Assembly (NCBI GenBank): GCA_943356485.1
Contig: CALRFD010000001.1
Span: 137,716-201,715 of the forward strand
Source: Patescibacteria group bacterium
GTDB lineage: Bacteria > Patescibacteriota > Microgenomatia > Daviesbacterales > UBA10151
Direction of reading: 5' to 3'
Length of the DNA stretch: 64,000 nucleotides
Each line of letters opens with the position of its first letter. The stretch's first letter is position 1. Below are positions 59,617 through 64,000 of this stretch, one piece after another. Position numbers and translations under genes: made by a program. The notes below the pieces were generated by a model, which had not been told where the DNA came from, ran no database searches, and saw only the letters and a list, made by a program, of their open reading frames with translations.

Positions 59617-60132
59617 ATGGATGCTAAAGTTGCATTATTTGAAAACCAACGAATTCGTAGAGTTTGGCATAACAACGAGTGGTGGCTTTCTGTGGTTGAT
59701 GTTTGTAAAGCATTGACTGGTAGTCCTGATTCCGGGTCATATTGGAGAAAATTAAAACAAAGATTAAAGGAAGAAGGAAGTGAAGTCGTGACATTTTGTC
59801 ACGGGTTGAAGTTAGAAGCACCTGACGGAAAATTACGTGAAACTGATTGTGCTAATATAGGGAGTTTTGATTTAAAAGTTGATGAATATAAAGATTTAAA
59901 AGGTTTGGATAAAGAAAATTTACGTGATCATATGAATGATATTGAATTAATTTTGACAATGTTAGCAGAAGCAACTACAACTAAAATTCATAAAGGCAGA
60001 GATTCACAAGGTTTCCCAAAGCTTAAAAAAGATGCCAAAGATGGTGGTGGTGTTGCAGGAAGGACACGTAAAGATATTGAGCAAGTAAGTGGTAAAAAAG
60101 TTATAAGTACTAAAAATTATTTACTAAAATAA
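59617..60132 (+). CDS. Bro-N (phage antirepressor N-terminal) domain protein.
   Basis: LFENQRIRRVWHNNEWWLSVVDVCKALTGSPDSGSYWRKLKQRL matches the Bro-N pattern. Confidence 0.6.
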   Translation: MDAKVALFENQRIRRVWHNNEWWLSVVDVCKALTGSPDSGSYWRKLKQRLKEEGSEVVTFCHGLKLEAPDGKLRETDCANIGSFDLKVDEYKDLKGLDKENLRDHMNDIELILTMLAEATTTKIHKGRDSQGFPKLKKDAKDGGGVAGRTRKDIEQVSGKKVISTKNYLLK

Positions 60133-60201
60133 ATTCATTCAAGAACAATTAGACGAAGTATTCATACCTAATTATTATCCCAAGTAGATTATAATCAACT
60201 C

Positions 60202-60843
60202 ATGAGTTTTCCACAGTATTTGTATAGGTTTTTTAATCAAAAAGATCATAGAGATCAGTTTATTCAAGGATTAATTCGATTTGGGAGATTAGAGGCATAT
60301 AAAGAAATCGAAGATGAACAAAGGAAAGATAAAGATGAGGGAGATCCAAGAGGAAAATATAAAACAGATAAACAAATTTATCTCAAAATAAGCAATCAAA
60401 CAGGAAAGGTAGTAGAGCATGGAATTAAGTTAGGAGATATTAATATATCAGGATATAGTCCAAATAATTTCTTTATTGTTTCGGCAACAGACGAGAAAGT
60501 TAATGTAGAAAAGATATCAGAAAAATTTGGTAAGTATGTAGTAAAAATTAACAATCCTCAGAAATTGCTTGATTTATTAAATAAAAACCGTAAATTCCCT
60601 TGGAGCGTAGGCAAGATTGTATTAGAGCGAGTGAAATATGATAAGGATAATTATTTAGAGATAGAAGAAAGTAATCCTCATTTACCATTTGGCTACTATT
60701 ATGCTCAAAAACCCCAAATGTTTTCTGATGAAATGGAGTGGAGATTTGTGTTAATAGGAAGTGGTATTGATGAGCTGGAAGATAAATTTGTAGTTATAGA
60801 GATAGGTTCTATAGAGAATATAATTACCCGTATAGATTTATGA
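60202..60843 (+). CDS. Hypothetical protein (213 aa).
   Basis: ORF only. Confidence 0.4.
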   Translation: MSFPQYLYRFFNQKDHRDQFIQGLIRFGRLEAYKEIEDEQRKDKDEGDPRGKYKTDKQIYLKISNQTGKVVEHGIKLGDINISGYSPNNFFIVSATDEKVNVEKISEKFGKYVVKINNPQKLLDLLNKNRKFPWSVGKIVLERVKYDKDNYLEIEESNPHLPFGYYYAQKPQMFSDEMEWRFVLIGSGIDELEDKFVVIEIGSIENIITRIDL

Positions 60844-60869
60844 TTAGACACACATAGAAATAGACGTCT

Positions 60870-61220
60870 CTATCTTTTTTCCCCAGATATTGTAGCTACT
60901 CTCTCCATAAGCCTCTGATTCTCTTCCAGTTGTGTCTTATAATCCTTTAAAAGGACATTTCTTTCTTCAAGTCTTTGTGAATAATCTTGATAGGCAGCGT
61001 TATTTATTTGAAATAAACTAACTATCATTTGTACAAAGGCTATAAAAACTACTACAACTACACCGCCCGTAATCCAACTAATATCTCTAAATTTATCACT
61101 TAATCTTTTTTCTGAATACTCACTAGACTGTCTTACGCTCTCAGTGATAACTGCCAATTCTTGTATAGTAAATTGATTAGTCTGTTCTTGAGGAGTATTT
61201 TGTCTTCTTGGTGGTGTCAT
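60870..61220 (-). CDS. Hypothetical membrane/coiled-coil protein (116 aa).
   Basis: Transmembrane helix GGVVVVVFIAFVQMIVSLF, then a coiled coil. Confidence 0.35.
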   Translation of the reverse strand: MTPPRRQNTPQEQTNQFTIQELAVITESVRQSSEYSEKRLSDKFRDISWITGGVVVVVFIAFVQMIVSLFQINNAAYQDYSQRLEERNVLLKDYKTQLEENQRLMERVATISGEKR

Positions 61221-61441
61221 TTGTAAACTCCTATAATTTCATTTATTCCACCAGGTTGTTCTACAACTGAAAAATCCTTACCCATAAATAGGGTAAAATC
61301 AATACCGGCAAAAGATACTCCTCGCGTAAATCTCACGCCCGGCCCAAATTCTACTCCACCCACCCGTATTCTAACTAAAGGCTCAACGCCGCCATCAAAA
61401 TTGATTTTAAATAGTTGATTGAAGTTCTTTTTTACTGGCAT
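61217..61441 (-). CDS. Hypothetical small protein (74 aa).
   Basis: ORF overlapping the downstream gene by 4 nt. Confidence 0.3.
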   Translation of the reverse strand: MPVKKNFNQLFKINFDGGVEPLVRIRVGGVEFGPGVRFTRGVSFAGIDFTLFMGKDFSVVEQPGGINEIIGVYK

Positions 61442-61498
61442 ATACGAATACTTAACCTGAAACTAATTCTAACAGATATATAATTAATCTTATAGCTA

Positions 61499-61597
61499 GA
61501 ATAATTCCTTTATTTGAACTTTTAAGACTTTAGCTATTTTTTCAATAGTTTCTAGAGAAGAGGACTTTCTTCCTTGCTCAATTTGGCCTAATTGCAT
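61499..61597 (-). pseudogene. Truncated XRE-family HTH repressor fragment (32 codons: MQLGQIEQGRKSSSLETIEKIAKVLKVQIKELF).
   Basis: Matches only the C-terminal half of a Cro/C1-type HTH (...IERGKRNPSLETLLKIAKALGV..ELF). There is an in-frame stop immediately upstream of the Met. Confidence 0.35.
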
Positions 61598-61601
61598 TTG
61601 A

Positions 61602-61859
61602 TTATTTGTACTTCTTTACGGTAATTTTATATGGATTAACTGTTCCTGTTTTGCCTGTGTATGGATTGTAATTTCCTTTTGTTGAAAAGTTATCAATTTT
61701 TGTTTTATTTGGAGAGGATTTAAAATGAGGGGCAACATATGTGCCTTTTTTCGTAACGTATCCTTTGACGCGAGTAGCAGCGCTGACAGAAGATACGTTA
61801 ATAACGAAGATTGAAACAGTTAATAAAAAAGCTACAAAAATACTAAATATTTTTCTCAC
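61602..61859 (-). CDS. Small secreted protein (85 aa) with a signal peptide.
   Basis: MRKIFSIFVAFLLTVSIFVINVSSVSA, then a K/Y/T/G-rich mature region. Confidence 0.35.
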   Translation of the reverse strand: MRKIFSIFVAFLLTVSIFVINVSSVSAATRVKGYVTKKGTYVAPHFKSSPNKTKIDNFSTKGNYNPYTGKTGTVNPYKITVKKYK

Positions 61860-61926
61860 GAGCCAATTGTATCTAATATGATTAATTTAAACAATCTCGC
61901 ATTTCAAGTGGTATAATGTCGGTATT

Positions 61927-62250
61927 ATGACACACAAGAATATATCATTGCGCTGTATTACTTATCAAGAAAAAGATGGCTCTTTTACAGGGGTTTGTCT
62001 TGATTTGGACATCGTGGAAGAGGGACATATTAGCTTAGAAGAGGCAGTTCTAAGCATTAACGATGCTATTTTATCTCATTTTCAAGCTGCTGCGAAGTTG
62101 GATTTTCCCAAAGAGTTGGTCACTAGATTAGCGCCAAAAGAGTATTGGAACAAACTAAAAGAAGTTACCCAAGAAAACCCATCTCACAAAAAGTTTGAGC
62201 CGTTCCAATTTTTTACCAGACAATTTACTCCTGGTTTGATGTATGCCTAA
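61927..62250 (+). CDS. hicB: HicB-family antitoxin.
   Basis: LRCITYQEKDGSFTGVCLDLDIVEEGHISLEEAVLSINDAILSHFQAA fits the HicB N-terminal fold pattern. Overlaps the downstream HicA gene by 8 nt. Confidence 0.55.
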   Translation: MTHKNISLRCITYQEKDGSFTGVCLDLDIVEEGHISLEEAVLSINDAILSHFQAAAKLDFPKELVTRLAPKEYWNKLKEVTQENPSHKKFEPFQFFTRQFTPGLMYA

Positions 62251-62488
62251 ATATAAACCTCTTAAATATCGTGATGTGGTCACTATTCTAAAAAATCTAG
62301 GTTTTATTCAAGAAAGCGGTACTGGTTCTTCACACCAAACATGGGTTCTAAAAAGAAACGGCATGAGTTTTGCTGTAACGGTTGCTTTTCATGGAAATAA
62401 TCAGGAATTTAGGCCGGGTACTTTAGGATCAATGATTCGCCAAAGCGGATTTACAAAAGAAGAATTTTATAAAGCTCTCAAAAACTAA
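62243..62488 (+). CDS. hicA: HicA-family toxin (mRNA interferase).
   Basis: KYRDVVTILKNLGFIQESGTGSSHQTWVLKRNGMSFAVTVAFHGNNQEFRPGTLGSMIRQSGFTKEEF matches the HicA/YcfA pattern (..GSH..F......TVP.H...L..GTL..I...G). Confidence 0.65.
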   Translation: MPKYKPLKYRDVVTILKNLGFIQESGTGSSHQTWVLKRNGMSFAVTVAFHGNNQEFRPGTLGSMIRQSGFTKEEFYKALKN

Positions 62489-62500
62489 AATATCACACTC

Positions 62501-62532
62501 CCCACCTCCGAAGCGGATTAGGTAGAGACACA
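62501..62532 (+). repeat. CCACCTCCGAAGCGGATTAGGTAGAGACACA box, related to 59542-59573.
   Basis: About 80% identical to CCACCTCCAAAGGGGATTAGGTAGGCACAG. Both lie about 45-90 nt upstream of a gene start. Confidence 0.5.
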
Positions 62533-62588
62533 TTGGATAAGGCTCACGTTTAATCCGTGACTTAAGTTATAATTGGGCAAAGAATATT

Positions 62589-64000
62589 ATGAATAATGAT
62601 AATTTTCAATCAGCTTATAAAATTTTAAACCCCGCTCAAAAAGATGCTGTAGACAGCATCGAAGGTCCGGTGATGGTAATTGCCGGGCCGGGTACTGGCA
62701 AAACCCAAATACTCACACTTCGCATTGCCAATATTCTACTAAAAACTCAGGTTAATCCGGAAAATATTTTAGCTTTAACTTTTTCCGAAAGCGCAAGTTT
62801 TCAAATGCGTGAAAGGCTTTCGAAAATAATTGGTACAAGTGCTTTTAAAGTAGATATTTCTACCTTCCATTCTTTTGCAAATGAAATTATTAAAAATTAT
62901 CCGGATGAATTTTCCAACCTTTTATCTTCAGAAAATATTACTGAAACAGAACAGATAGAGTTAATAGAAAAATTAATTGAATCAATAACTTTAAAAGTGT
63001 TACGTCCGTACGGCGATCCGCTGTACTATTTAAAAGATATTCTAAGTGCAATTAATGATTTGAAAAAAGAGGGTATTACTTCGGAAAAGTTGGTAAAGGC
63101 TATAAATAAACAAAAAGCAGATTTTGATTTGATAGAAGATTTATACCATGAAAAAGGAAGGTATAAAGGTGAGATGAAGGGCAAATATCAGGATCTAAAA
63201 AAGGATATAGAAAAGTCAGAAGAGTTTTCATTGGTTTTTGAAAATTACGAAAAGGCTTTAGTTAAAGAAAGAAAATATGATTTCAATGATATGTTGCTTG
63301 AAGTTATAAAAGCTCTTGAATTCAATAAATCTTTATTACTTAGGATACAAGAAAAATATCACTATATTCTAATTGATGAACATCAGGATACCAATGCTGC
63401 CCAAAACAAACTAGTTGAACTCATTGCGTCATTTTATGATATACCGAACTTATTTGTGGTGGGTGATGAAAAACAGTCAATATACAGATTCCAGGTGGCA
63501 TCTCTTGAGAATTTTTTATATTTTAAAAATTTATATCCGCAAGCAAGATTAATAAATTTAGAAACAAATTACCGTTCGCACCAACTGATTTTGGACGCCT
63601 CTCAAAGCATGATAGAAAAAAATATTTCTGCAAATATTTTACCCCAAAAAAACTTACTTGCAGACAGTAGCTTTAAAGGAGAAAAGATTAATCTGGTACA
63701 ACTTTCAGATTTTCATCTGGAATATGAATATATTGCCAAAAATATATCAGAGAAAATTAAAGCGGGTGAAAACCCTTCATCAATAGCAGTTCTTGCAAGA
63801 AGAAATATGGATTTATCTCCCCTTGTGTCAGTACTCACGAGACATGGAATTAAATCTGTCATTGCCTCAGATCAGGATGTATTGGCTGATCTGCAAGTAC
63901 AAAAATTAATCATGTTGTTGGAATCAATCAATAATCCCTTTGATGAGGTGTTATTAATTCGGGCAATGCACATAGATTTTTTAAATATTGATCCATTTGA
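62589..64000 (+). CDS. UvrD/PcrA-family (SF1) DNA helicase, N-terminal ~470 aa; continues beyond the window end.
   Basis: Manual translation gives MNNDNFQSAYKILNPAQKDAVDSIEGPVMVIAGPGTGKTQILTLRIANILL...ILALTFSESASFQMRERL...TFHSFANEII (motifs I, Ia, II). Not in the ORF track because it is open-ended. Confidence 0.8.
   Translation, partial: MNNDNFQSAYKILNPAQKDAVDSIEGPVMVIAGPGTGKTQILTLRIANILLKTQVNPENILALTFSESASFQMRERLSKIIGTSAFKVDISTFHSFANEIIKNYPDEFSNLLSSENITETEQIELIEKLIESITLKVLRPYGDPLYYLKDILSAINDLKKEGITSEKLVKAINKQKADFDLIEDLYHEKGRYKGEMKGKYQDLKKDIEKSEEFSLVFENYEKALVKERKYDFNDMLLEVIKALEFNKSLLLRIQEKYHYILIDEHQDTNAAQNKLVELIASFYDIPNLFVVGDEKQSIYRFQVASLENFLYFKNLYPQARLINLETNYRSHQLILDASQSMIEKNISANILPQKNLLADSSFKGEKINLVQLSDFHLEYEYIAKNISEKIKAGENPSSIAVLARRNMDLSPLVSVLTRHGIKSVIASDQDVLADLQVQKLIMLLESINNPFDEVLLIRAMHIDFLNIDPF

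Noticed and set aside
59319-59675. Minus-strand ORF 59319..59675 (118 aa) from the track
   Set aside because: It spans the repeat/promoter region and overlaps both the Fic start and the Bro-N start. Its sequence is low-complexity, so it is likely non-coding.

Overview
This 64 kb window is low-GC (about 40%), densely coded on both strands and looks like a small-genome bacterium, possibly Patescibacteria/CPR-like; that lineage call is an inference from gene content and style. No rRNA, tRNA or CRISPR array was recognised by eye. From raw sequence I can directly identify the following families:

- Translation and tRNA modification: the N-terminal part of valS (its own stop lies beyond position 1 on the minus strand), tsaD and metG.
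- Chaperones and housekeeping: a groES / 104-aa orphan ORF / groEL arrangement, murB, tatD and thpR.
- S-adenosylhomocysteine recycling cluster: a Cys/Met-family PLP enzyme, ahcY and a PfkB kinase.
- Compact fatty-acid elongation set: a Crp/Fnr regulator, fabF, fabG, a FabI-like-FabZ fusion and a TPP-dependent decarboxylase.
- Envelope glycan cluster: a UbiA prenyltransferase, a GT4 MraY/WecA-like transferase and a processive GT2 with the QxxRW motif.
- Other envelope proteins: an M23 peptidase, PEGA/SH3b, bPH_2 and VanW-family proteins.
- Other enzymes and transport: a short-form GT35 alpha-glucan phosphorylase, an acyl-CoA synthetase, an ABC solute-binding protein, two histidine phosphatases, NUDIX, PgeF and the N-terminal part of a UvrD/PcrA helicase (running off the window end).

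The accessory content is more unusual:

- Two RelE/ParE-RHH toxin-antitoxin pairs and one HicB-HicA pair.
- Two Fic proteins, one of them fused to an excisionase-type HTH.
- A Bro-N protein and a truncated XRE repressor fragment.
- A RavA-like MoxR ATPase with a degenerate Walker A, paired with a ViaA-like vWA protein.
- A candidate caspase-like (His/Cys dyad) protein inside a 2.35 kb segment flanked by exact 23-bp direct repeats.
- Two families of short palindromic sequences inserted in frame into housekeeping genes (tsaD, the PfkB kinase, tatD), reminiscent of Rickettsia palindromic elements.
- A GC-rich, hairpin-dense ~270-nt leader upstream of the PLP enzyme, ending in an SD-sequestering terminator hairpin; this is a riboswitch candidate of unassigned class.
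- A repeated tetraloop-hairpin/terminator-like ~66-bp element (two near-identical copies), plus a related 'CCACCTCC...GGATTAGGTAG' box family.
- A block of four unknown genes that share a conserved promoter/start context.

The ORF track calls some starts at TTG. I moved starts to the first in-frame ATG where the N-terminal alignment or promoter geometry supported it. Coordinates for gene ends are from the ORF track, and motif coordinates were counted by hand from the sequence ruler, so single-base errors are possible.
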